DNA of 23,842 nucleotides from Spizellomyces punctatus DAOM BR117 (Eukaryota): assembly GCA_000182565.2 (NCBI GenBank), contig KQ257451.1, one strand, 5' to 3'. Below are positions 1 to 9,895 of the stretch, piece by piece. The notes beneath the pieces are model-generated. The model worked only from the letters and a program-made list of their open reading frames with translations. It was not told the origin of the DNA and did no database searches. The translations under genes were made by a program, and so were the position numbers. How positions within the stretch are numbered: position 1 is the first letter of the stretch; the number at the start of each line of letters is the position of its first letter.

Positions 1-1
1 T

Positions 2-427
2 ACATCCCAAGGACAAGATCAATCGTCTACAAACCCTGCAACACTCCGCGCCTTATACACATCCGCCCTTCCAAACGGAAACACTGCGTTGCATATGGCT
101 GCCGCTAACGGTGAAATAGAGGTTCTTCAGTACCTGTTGCCGCAGCTGACTGTTGGAGATGTGAACATAGGGAACAGCGATGGGTCAACTGCACTACATT
201 GGGCCGCGTTGAATGGGAAATTGGACTGCGTGGAACTGTTGTTGTCGTGCGGGGCGGATGCAACGATTAAAAACGAACAGGGACGAAGTCCTGTGACTGT
301 GGCGGAGCAACAGGGACATTTGGAGGTCGTTAATGCATTGCTTAAATCGTATGAACCGGATGAAGAGGAGGCCGACGAAAGTACACCACAGGAGGGCAGT
401 GCATCTACAGAACCCGTAGATAGTTAA
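2..427 (+). CDS. YAR1: Ankyrin-repeat protein, YAR1-like (Rps3 chaperone family); 5' end lies outside the window
   Basis: Frame is open from base 2 (TSQGQDQ...NGNTALHMAAANG) to TAA at 425-427. Ankyrin motifs TALHMAAANG and TALHWAALNGKLDCVELL, then GADATIKN and an acidic tail (YEPDEEEADE), matching my recollection of yeast Yar1 architecture. Confidence 0.8.
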   Translation, partial: TSQGQDQSSTNPATLRALYTSALPNGNTALHMAAANGEIEVLQYLLPQLTVGDVNIGNSDGSTALHWAALNGKLDCVELLLSCGADATIKNEQGRSPVTVAEQQGHLEVVNALLKSYEPDEEEADESTPQEGSASTEPVDS

Positions 428-1604
428 ACTAGGTTCTCATACGCTCAACTTGGTGACACATTGTAAATAGAACATAGCACGAGCGCAATAGGGAATGTAG
501 AAGCACAGCGTGACCGTAAGCCTAGTCTGCTAGGGTCAAGGGTTATATAGAGATCTTAATCAATGATTGCGTTTTATCTTTACTGTGAAAACGTGAAGCA
601 CAATGTGCATATATCCTTTGCGTGGGGATCCATCATGCTACGGGCTTAATCCATCATCTATCGCACATAAAGAAGGACCGAAAATACCCATAACATTCTC
701 TATGAGCATCATCCGAAACTTTTGAACCACGAGTCCCAAGGCAATTCGGAAATCGACATTGAACATGATCCGGTGCAAGAGCTCTCTGAACTACCTAAAG
801 TCGCCCGCCCATCAGTTGAGTCGGACTTGATTGCCACGGTATGCGCCAAGTAGCTAATAATCACAGGCTGCGTTAATGTTCAGGCTGAACGCGCATGTGG
901 CAAAGATACCCGCTAAATTTGTAAGTTACCCTTCAAGGTTGTTATCCCAGTACATGTAAGCAGATATCTCGGTGGTTACTTTAGCCTCCCGTATATTATT
1001 TGAGCAATGTGATAATATAGATACAAAGGAGGAGTCTGATGTGAATCATGGGCATATGCTACTTCCATTTTGGCTGTCGTCAAAACGATCATCAGGAAGC
1101 TAGCCATAATGCGGAGAGACAATCGGTAGGACTTACCATACATCGTGGAGTGTGAAAACCGGCTGCCACTAGAGGTTGACGGCGCTGACGTGAATCATAT
1201 AATCCACTTCACACGAGCTGGAGATAATAAGACAGTAGGGTCCAGCTCTTCAGCCTCACTCAGGATCTATGTCAAAGGAATCACCACAAGGATCTTTGCA
1301 CATCCGGTGGATACTGAAACGGCCACGCAATAGTGACAGAAAATCATCAGTACGAAAGTTGGGTCAATGCCAATGACATAAAGGAAACAATTCATTCACG
1401 TGGTTTAATGCCTACTTGGGGACGACTACGAATACGAATGCCAAAAACAGGCACGTAAAGAAACGATATATGGATAATACACTCGCACTTCCTGATTCCT
1501 CTTTATACACAAAACGCCCCCCATCTTACATTCTCTATGAACAAATAACTACAATGATGACATCTGGATACAGTAATCAGCCCCCAACGCATTTGCTGCT
1601 GATT

Positions 1605-1926
1605 CTACATGCGTTTCTTGTCTGAGAAGGCGGCGATGTTGTCATCTCCCCCTGTCTGCGCTGCGGACAGCATTGGGCCGGAGGGAGGGGCACTGATGTT
1701 AGCGGGGTCAATTCCCTCTGGAGCTTCATCTGCAACGTTTTCTCCGGAACTCGTCGCTACAAACCAGAAAAACAAGATGAGAGACCAATCGACCACCCTG
1801 TAAAGTAGTGCCTTGCTTACCAATATCCTCATTGCCGCCATTTGCCTTGGGGAGATCAGGGACGGGAGCGGCCGACGCAAAGGTGGCAAGAAGGAGCGCA
1901 ACGAGAGCGATGAATTTGATTTGCAT
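1605..1926 (-). CDS. Small secreted protein, 85 aa, 2 exons (1926-1821, 1756-1605)
   Basis: Signal peptide MQIKFIALVALLLATFASA followed by AP. A 64-nt intron GTAAGC...TTTGTAG (1820-1757) joins the two ORF-track frames in phase, giving ...ANGGNEDIATSSGENVADEAPEG...QTGGDDNIAAFSDKKRM*. Confidence 0.8.
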
Positions 1927-2007
1927 GCTTGAGAAACTTTGGAAATCTGAGCTCTGGAGAGTTTAGAATGGAGCAAACAGATGGAGGGGAAAAGCCGACA
2001 ACTGCTC

Positions 2008-2059
2008 GTTATAAAATACAAGGGTATAAACGCAAGGGTATGAGCGAAAAGCAAGGGTA
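2008..2059 (-). promoter_or_regulatory. Putative promoter of the secreted-protein gene: three TACCCTTG repeats followed by a TATA-like TTTATAAC
   Basis: On the + strand CAAGGGTA occurs at 2019-2026, 2033-2040 and 2052-2059. The TATA-like element at 2008-2015 lies about 85 nt upstream of the ATG at 1926. Confidence 0.45.
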
Positions 2060-2368
2060 ATTTCAGTAAAACGCTCATCTCCGCCAACTCCGCTAAAGGA
2101 TGAAGTGTGGTGGCATGGTCACGTTAGATTGGTTGAAGCTTGGATGTCAATTTCCTTCCACCCAACGACTTGCCTTGGTGGTTAATGAGCCAATTAATCT
2201 TGGCGGCGGCGACGTTTCATCTATAGGTGTGGCTTTTGATGACCCTGGCTTAGTAAATGCTCAGCAAACGCTTAGTAGTGTCCGATTCTTTCGGACAAGA
2301 TAGAATCAGCACTGGGCAGGACGCGAGTGATTTCGCTTGGACAGTCCATCTTGACTGATTACGACCCA

Positions 2369-5300
2369 ATGAATAAGGAAAATACAGATTCTGTCGCAGA
2401 TGCCGAGGGAAATCGTAGGCAGTCCTTGGTATGTGTTCCTCAGAACTTTTCGTATTGGAACGAGACCTTACTTTTGATCAGTTTGCGGGAAAGGGTATCC
2501 TAAAAGAGACCGACGCGACATGGCCTCCAACTCGGACAAAGGATCCGCTGCAAAACGACAGACTGAATCAAACGGTCGCATTTGAGTGAGTGCAAAGGAG
2601 GTTTATGGGCGGATAGATGGAGATTGACTTTTAGAGCTCGACTGCAGGAAAGAATCAAAGAAGCCACGAAAGTCGTTGGGCAGGCGCGTCTCATTTGCTC
2701 CTAAAGCCCATATACGGTGAGTAACCGAAGTGGGGTTACCGATATTCTTGTGGAGAAGAGTGAATATCATGTCGAAGAAGGGGCGAGCGGGGAAGAAATA
2801 TCTGCGAATGTTCTGCTATGGCGATATGATGAACCGCCAGCACTGAGTAGCTGAAATATTGAATTTTTGACAGTCCTTTCAAAGAAGATTCCGATAAATG
2901 GGATGATGTGCTGGGCTCTGGACCGCTCTTTGGAGATGGTGGAATTACCAAGTTTGAAATGCCCGATCTTTCCTCTGTACGCCGAAACAGGTGGGGATAT
3001 TGGACGGAACAGCTGAGGAGGGCAATGTTGCCATTTGCTGAATCTTGACTCTATAGTGGGATCTTCAACAATATTCGCTTAAGCTTAGGAGCCGACTCAC
3101 ATGAGTAAGCGAGCACGTATCCACTGGTTTGACAATGGCCGCGGTTTTACTGATTGCTTTATAGAGACACAAGCTACGAAGTGGACTTAAAAGGTCCGGC
3201 AGACGCGAAGAGTAGTGCTGATGAAACTGACTCAGATATTATGATGGATGACGAGACATGGTCAGAAGACACCATCTCGATTTCGGCTAGCAAATCGGCA
3301 GTGGTGCCTGTTCCCCAGAATAGCGGCGATGACGATAGCAGGCGCAGACCGCGCGATAGCATTGCAGCCTTTTTCCAGCATCCCAGACCTCACCACGAGC
3401 CTTTGCTCGGGGAAACTCCTGTGGCTCCCCCACCTGGTCTAGTCCTAGACAAACGGCGGATGCCACGTGACAGTATCGCAGCCTTCTTTCAGCACCCGGA
3501 CGACGAGTCAGAAGCCGAGAATGTTGAGGAGCCGCATGCTGAAAGTGACGATGACATCGAAATGGCCACTGAGGATCCTACTCAAGCCTCGGTGGCGGAT
3601 CGCATCCTTCCGGACGGTAAGCCCGTAGGATGACGAGAGGAGAAGTTCGGTAGCCAACTTACGCTCTATTTACAGATATTGTTCCTACTGAGGAAGCTGA
3701 ATGGACGGGTTATCCGGCAGTCCCTGTGGAGGAAACTCGGCTAACGGAAAACGAAAAGATCAAAAGAACGGAAGAAGATATTGCAATCTCCATGGATGTG
3801 TCTCTTGGAGAAGGCCGTGTCTCACCACGATCTGTTCCTAAGAAGAAGGAACTTGTCAAGTTTGAAGGGGAGCTTGCCCAAAGTGATCTTCCTGCATCCC
3901 AATCGGGGCATGTTGATATCGTGGATCCATTTGAGCAGGCAGAGGGCAATCAAGGTGATATATTCATCTGTAATCCTCATTGAACGAGCGAAACGCTAAA
4001 GGTCAAAACGGCCAATGGTAGCCTTTCTACGCTCGGCCGACGACCCTGCACATCCCTCAGTGCTCAACTCTGACCCTGTGGATGACACAATAGCCGGCTT
4101 CTTCACCCGCGTGAATTCAAACGATGAAAAAAACAAGGATGGTAGGAGGCCATGGGTTTTCTTCACAGGGGAATAGTTCAAGGGCTACTTACTGATGCCA
4201 TCAATGCTTGAACCAGTACCTGAAATCTCTTCAAAATCTGTAAACAATAACCGGGTTTTAAATCAGCTGAAGACAATAACGCATCTAGAAGATCGCGACG
4301 ACACGATTGGCCGGTTTTTCTATCATGACTCGAATACGAACGAAGGTATGGTCAAATCGGTCACGAACATCTTTCTGTAGTGTACGTCTCACAGTATATT
4401 CGGATTTTAGGAGGAATGCTGCGTCGTACTCTGGAAGCCGATTCGTCTGATGAGGAATGCCATCAGGATCCAACCGTCGCTATGGATCTCACGGAATGTG
4501 CCACGCGGGTTTTAAGCACCCATGTCGATGATACCACTTCAACGACTGGCAGCGTAATGTCAAATACGCCAACTCGAACGGCAACAAAGCGCCGCCGCAG
4601 CTCTGTCTCATGTAGGCTGAAGCATGTCCCCCTTTCGTTGCGATGGGAGTGTAAACTAATTCCGACACAATTGCAGCTGTACAGCGCTTGTCGAATTCCA
4701 AAAAGGCGGCCAAATCTCCGAGCATTGATGCTATGCCATCGCCGATTCCTACCGCAAGTGGGTTCCGCAAATAGTCCATGTGTGATTCGCGTAGATAACC
4801 ATACAAATTACTGTGCAGTCACACAGCAATCACCAGGAGCTTCTGAACAATCATCCCTTCTCGAGAAAGATGCCACCTCCCGAGCGGCTCCATCTCCATT
4901 CCGCCGATCCAGCTTCGCGTCAGAGTTTGCAGGAGATACATCTTTGGCAGGAATTGAGGATGGTAAGATGATTGCATAAGATTGAAGCTATGGCTTTGAC
5001 GAACTCTGTTTTTATGGTGCACTAGTTGAGGACGATTTGATGAATGAACATCTCTCCATGCTTGATGACTCTCTTATGGAAGAGGTAAGCCTGACTTTGA
5101 CAAGTCTTAGGTTGTCCTCGCTGTCCAGGGCTACATTGATCTTGTCACACCCTAATTTTAGGCAGAACCAAATGCGGTGGCCACAGTGAAAGAATTCTTA
5201 CAAGCGACGGGAATATACTTCCAGGATAATCTGACCACAAGCTTCAGGCGAGAAACGAACGCTTATTTGCGCACATCAGGTGCTTTACTTATTTATTTTA

Positions 5301-7439
5301 TTTATTCTGGTTGCTGACATTAACAATGCTACATCTTAGAGCAACCGACAGATATTGATTATTATAGAGCAGCCTTACTTTGGTCATCGGAGTTGGACAC
5401 ATATGAATTCGTACGTAGACTCAAGGGCAGCTCTGGAATCGGCAGGTCTTACAGAGTTTCTGGACAGGGGTGCAAAGAACTTCAAAAATACATTGAAGAT
5501 ATTCGAGAAGAACTGATACAGATTGAAGAAGATGCTGAAGCAAATGTCCCACCAATTTTCTTTGACGTTGTAGACGGAACATCTGAGGAGCGGGCTCTCA
5601 TCCAGGTATATGACTTATTTTTATCCTTCTTAAATGAAGTGGTCTTTACAGTTTTGGTTTTCAACCATTATTAGCGTCAACTGAAAGCAACCCGATCTAT
5701 AACACGAGCTGAAGCTAAAGAAAGTTGGCATGTTTGGCGAGCTAACTTGCTGAATAACCTGTCTGAAGACTTCACCTGCAATTTGGAACGGCTTGAAAAA
5801 GTGCGTAGTTTTGTTGCATCTCACATATGTGCGTTGCTGAGAAATGATTTTCCACAATCTATTAGGATGAACGGATCATCCAAAAATTCGCGGATCGTAA
5901 TGCGGACATGATAACAGAAGGACAAAAGTACAGAAGTCAGAAAATGATTGAGCTGGAAAGTGCTCGCAATCGGTACATGCGGGCACCTTCTTTTTTCCCA
6001 GAAGACATGAGACAATTGCTCATCTGTGTGCTAGATTGGCAGAAGAAGAACAAAGCGATAATGATCGGTTGGTTGCACTTAAGCGACGGGAGGCCGAACA
6101 ACAGTACGTGCATAACGGAGCGACAGATGTTTTTTAAAGTGAAAGACTCACCCTTTACCAGAGCCAGACTCCTCGAGCTGAAAGCGGAAAGCGAGCAATT
6201 ACGGCTGTTATGTGATCAAGAACAGGCCCGCGAGAGCGAGTTGTTGAGGAAGAAGGATTTGCTATACCAGGTTTGGATACAGTACTGACGCCTCTCATGT
6301 TACCGTACTGACTTATATTTTAGGCCATAGAGAATGCTGAAAACATCTGTAAGGAGCTGATGATCTTCGACCCGGAAGAACTTTCGACGCTGCGAAGTGG
6401 GTTGCGTCTCTGTGTTTCATTTACTTTCAGACCTGCTCAGTTGCTTCGGGTCTTAGGCGAGTACAAGCTCCTTACGTCCATGTTTCCTTGGACAACGGTT
6501 CATATCGCATCAAATAAATACATCCTTGCCTATGATAATGCAATTGAAGTGGCTTTTATTAAAGTCGATGACAACCATTTTGGAGTTGAGCTTTCTGTGT
6601 CAGAGCCAAAGGTATAACCCTGTGCTTAACGTGGCAATATATCGGATAGGGCTGACCCCGTTGGGTCGCAGAAACCGTCGATATTGAGCATAGTGCCTGC
6701 GTCCATAACCGGGGGCCGTGTTGTTGTAGATGCACTTGGGCACGACAGTGTAGGTTGCTGTTAACACAAGATGTTTCGCCAGTTCCTTACATATTCCATT
6801 CCATTTAGGTATGCGGTATATTGAAAAATGCTCAGCAACAGATTGGTATATGTCACGGACCGAAAGATTTTTCCAGGGTAAGTTAGACTGGTGTTAGTAT
6901 TCGTGTTCGTGCTCGTTGCCCGTGTCCTTTCTTGCATTGATATGAGGTACCACACCCATTAGGTCATTAGTCACACCGCCTACATATGGAATGGCCTGCG
7001 AAAGCTGTACCACGACATCGAACTGGCTCGTGACGAATATGACATCACATGTGTTAGACCACCTGCAGAAGAGAAGCGCGCGGGACGCGGGGATCATTTT
7101 CTAGGATTACATGTTGTGTGTTTCTGCCATAAGACACATGTTCGATTCGAAGTCACTCTTTGGGTTGCGGGAGATGGCAAAGCGGAGGTGTACCCATCTG
7201 GACGTATGGATTGGGACGTGAACATCACTTACGGTGGCGTCAGGTAGGTGATCTTGGTCTCATGGAGCATTGCGAGGACAATTTTTGGAGTAAAGCAATA
7301 TTTCGACTTCTTTAGCCGGAAGGAGATCGATGATATCCTCTCTGCTATCCCTGCCGCTCCTGGAAGACTGATGCACATTTTGAGAGAATTAGATCGGATG
7401 ACCAGGACCGTGGCATCGAAATGGCATGTACCCATCTAA
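2369..7439 (+). CDS. SPC105: Kinetochore scaffold KNL1/Spc105/Spc7, multi-exon
   Basis: Spliced N-terminus MNKEN... (exon 2369-2428), GILK (SILK-type; exon 2482-2585), RRVSFAPKAHIR (RVxF PP1-docking; exon 2648-2716), and MELT-type AMDLTEC (~4479-4499). Spc7 domain: TVKEFLQATGIYFQDNLTTSFRRET, GCKELQKYIEDIREELIQIEEDAEANVPPIFF, RAEAKESWHVWRANLL. A coiled coil and RWD-like C-terminus follow, ending SKWHVPI* (TAA 7437-7439). Some 3' exon borders are approximate. Confidence 0.93.
3349..3498 (+). repeat. Two-copy coding repeat PRDSIAAFFQHP within KNL1 (3349-3384, 3463-3498)
   Basis: 12/12 residues identical, with 9 of 12 codons differing synonymously. Related copies DDTIAGFF (4081-4104) and DDTIGRFF (~4297-4320). 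Confidence 0.9.
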
Positions 7440-7483
7440 TACAGTATATAGCAATATTTATGTACATAAGAGTTTCCAGTTGC

Positions 7484-8138
7484 TCATTGCTCATCATCGC
7501 TACTGCTGTCATTGGACTCGCACGTCTCTTCATCTTCGCTATCGTCTTCTTCCGTCCCGCTAGTATCTGCGTCGCTGTTGTCCTCCTCTTCGCTGTCCGA
7601 TTCTTCTTCTGGAGAATTCTCGGCTTCCTCGCTGCTAGCGGCCTCTAACTGGGCTATACGTTCACGCAGGACAGGTTGATATTCTTTTATTAGAGCGTTC
7701 GTTGGATCAACAATGGCCACTTTATGGTATAATTCATGATCAGGGATATTCTACAGGTCTGGCAAGGCCCACCAAGACGTACATTGATTAGCTACCTCCA
7801 ATGCTTGCACATAGGCCTTTGATGCGACATACGCCATAAACTTGCTAAGCAGTAGTACAATAAGTGATTCTTGCTATTTAGAAATGTACGGGATTAATAT
7901 TGCTATAATAATGTGTAGATAACACAAAGCCGCTAACTTCTTCATTGGTTCTAATGGACGTAGGGGATATATCTTGTGAGAGCTCCTGTTTAATCGTTCC
8001 TGAAGGTGAGGTACGTCCTTCGCGCGTCTTTTGGGGAATAGTGCCAGGAGAGACTGAAGGTCCTTGTCTAACTAGTGGTTGATTCTTCAGAGGTAGGGGA
8101 GGTAGTTTGGTGGGTCTGGCGTTGAAGGCAGCCATCAT
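7484..8138 (-). CDS. ERICH2-like glutamate-rich protein (single TPR-like helical hairpin plus acidic tail), 3 exons
   Basis: Introns GTTAGC...AAATAG and GTACGT...TAAAG give the core LLLSKFMAYVASKAYVQALEVANQLAIVDPTNALIKEYQPVLRERI. By eye this resembles the animal ERICH2 core (F...A.....Y..A......I...[DE]P.N...KE[FY]...), and a long E/D/S tail follows. The gene is well supported; the family name is from recollection. Confidence 0.65.
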
Positions 8139-8256
8139 CTTGGGCTTGCTGGCGCGAACCACGGCGGATGATGATTACTTGCTGCTAGCCTAAGCCCCAC
8201 AGCCTGCTTACATTATAATCCCCAGCGAAGGTTGACGAGATCTCCAACAGGATCGC
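8139..8256. promoter_or_regulatory. Compact bidirectional promoter region (118 bp between ATGs)
   Basis: Divergent ATGs at 8138 (-) and 8257 (+). Contains GGCGCGAA at 8151-8158. Confidence 0.55.
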
Positions 8257-9804
8257 ATGTCCGAACGAGCCAACCAAACCTTTACCATCCCAATTCCGGC
8301 GCCAACAGCCGAGGCTGCTATTGTTGGCGGAGCAGCGATAGCGAGCCTTTTCGTATTTTGCCAGAAAAATAAGCTTCCAGCACCCGAGTACACATTCTCG
8401 TCTGGGCCACCATTTTCGGTCAAACTACAGGTGTGTCGCGAGAATACGTAGACATGATATGTGGTCCTAATCTCCAGGTCAGGTGAACGATGCATTGTTC
8501 AAGGCGGACGGCTTTCAAAATAAGCAGGACGCAAAGCGTACGGTCGCAGCGGCGGCAGTACAGCATCTACAAGAGAGTGGGCACCCGTACTTCACCACGT
8601 CTAGCGAGGGTGGACTGAATTTCATTTCCTTGTTGTGTAACTGGTGTGCCGGTAAGCACTATCTTGTCGATGTACTTCTATTGTTGCCTACTAACAAGCT
8701 CTATCGAAAGCCAATATGAAAGAGCAACCAGAGTATTTCATATGGGCTGACGGACAGGGTTCTGCCAATGGGCCGTGGAAGTGTAGAGCGAGAGTTGCCG
8801 GGCAATATTTTCACGTATGACTGTCAATCGCTTTGGAAAGTTATGTTGCCAGACACATGATTCATCTTGCATTATAGAGTTACAAATCGTTCAGCAGGAA
8901 GCAAGATGCGAAGGAAAGCGCCGCAAGACACGCGTTTAAGGCCCTTGCTGAAGAAGCATCGCAAAAGTGTATGTGTTAATATTTTGCGCTATCGATTTTG
9001 GCTGCAGGAACCTAAGAAATCCATCGCAGCATCAGGAAGCCCTGCGGTAGTGCGAAATGATCCCCTCAATGACAACGCTTCGCGCATTTCGTCTGTATCG
9101 AATGGTAAAAATACCATGTGTGAAATGAACCTCACTGCCACTCGCCGTGAGTCTGAAAGCTTACGTCAGTATTTGCAGAGGGCGGATCGAGCATTAGAGC
9201 CCGACAATTGGAGACCACGAAAAGCTATTGTGAACGCTTGGCTGATTGGAGTGCGGCTACAAACGGTGCCACTAAGGTGGATTACCTTTCTCGACTATTA
9301 CCTAGTGGACAGTGGATTGCTCAAGTAACTGTGGGTGGGCAGAAGTTCACATCCCTGCCAGGAAGTAAAACGGAAGCTCAAGCTAAAGAATCGGCAGCCG
9401 CAGTCGCTTGGGAAACAATAGAAGGTGATGTTGAAGAGCGGTCAGAATCGCCCGGTGTGCTCCGCCAATGGAGGAACACAGTTTTGGGTGCACTGTCCTC
9501 CTCATGGGGATTGGGTTCCAAAAGGCGCCGAGAAGAAGCTTCCGATCCGGATGACGTAATATACCAAAGCTCTGGAGAGGAAGGGAGCAACAATCCTACC
9601 TATTGTGAGCTGCTGCATGCTGAATGCTTGAAGCTGAGCCTTCCCCGCCCTACTTATAGCTATAGTAAAGATATAGTCCAAGGTGGCGTAAAATGCAAAG
9701 TAATGATCAGTGGGAAGACATTTGAGACGTTGCGAGCGCATAGCCGCAAGAGTACCGCAAAGGAAGATGCCTGTGGCGATGCTTACAAGTGGCTAAAAAG
9801 ATGA
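8257..9804 (+). CDS. Double-stranded RNA-binding protein with four dsRBM domains, ~410 aa, 6 exons
   Basis: Exons ~8257-8430, 8483-8651, 8711-8814, 8878-8968, 9030-9104, 9179-9804. Four alpha-beta-beta-beta-alpha units: SLFVFCQKNKLPAPEY...NKQDAKRTVAAAAVQHL; FISLLCNWC...QPEY...RKQDAKESAARHAFKAL; YCERLADW...EAQAKESAAAVAWETI; YCELLHAECLKLSLPRPTY...RKSTAKEDACGDAYKWL. Confidence 0.88.
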
Positions 9805-9895
9805 ATTTTCCTATAGCTAGCGCTTGACGTCTCTAAATGTATAATATTGCTTATGTAGTGATGTAAATATGTACAGCGTGCTGGATGTTCGTCGA

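Noticed and set aside
1131..1137. ACTTACC resembling the U1 snRNA 5' end
   Set aside because: No following U1 stem-loops or Sm site. It is simply the reverse complement of a GGTAAGT-like sequence.
1927..2087. N-terminal part of the 160-aa ORF 1605..2087
   Set aside because: It starts at TTG and reads through the promoter and intron. The spliced 85-aa model with a signal peptide explains the locus better.
6899..6925. Degenerate (TCGTGY)n repeat
   Set aside because: Low-complexity sequence within a KNL1 intron, only about three copies.
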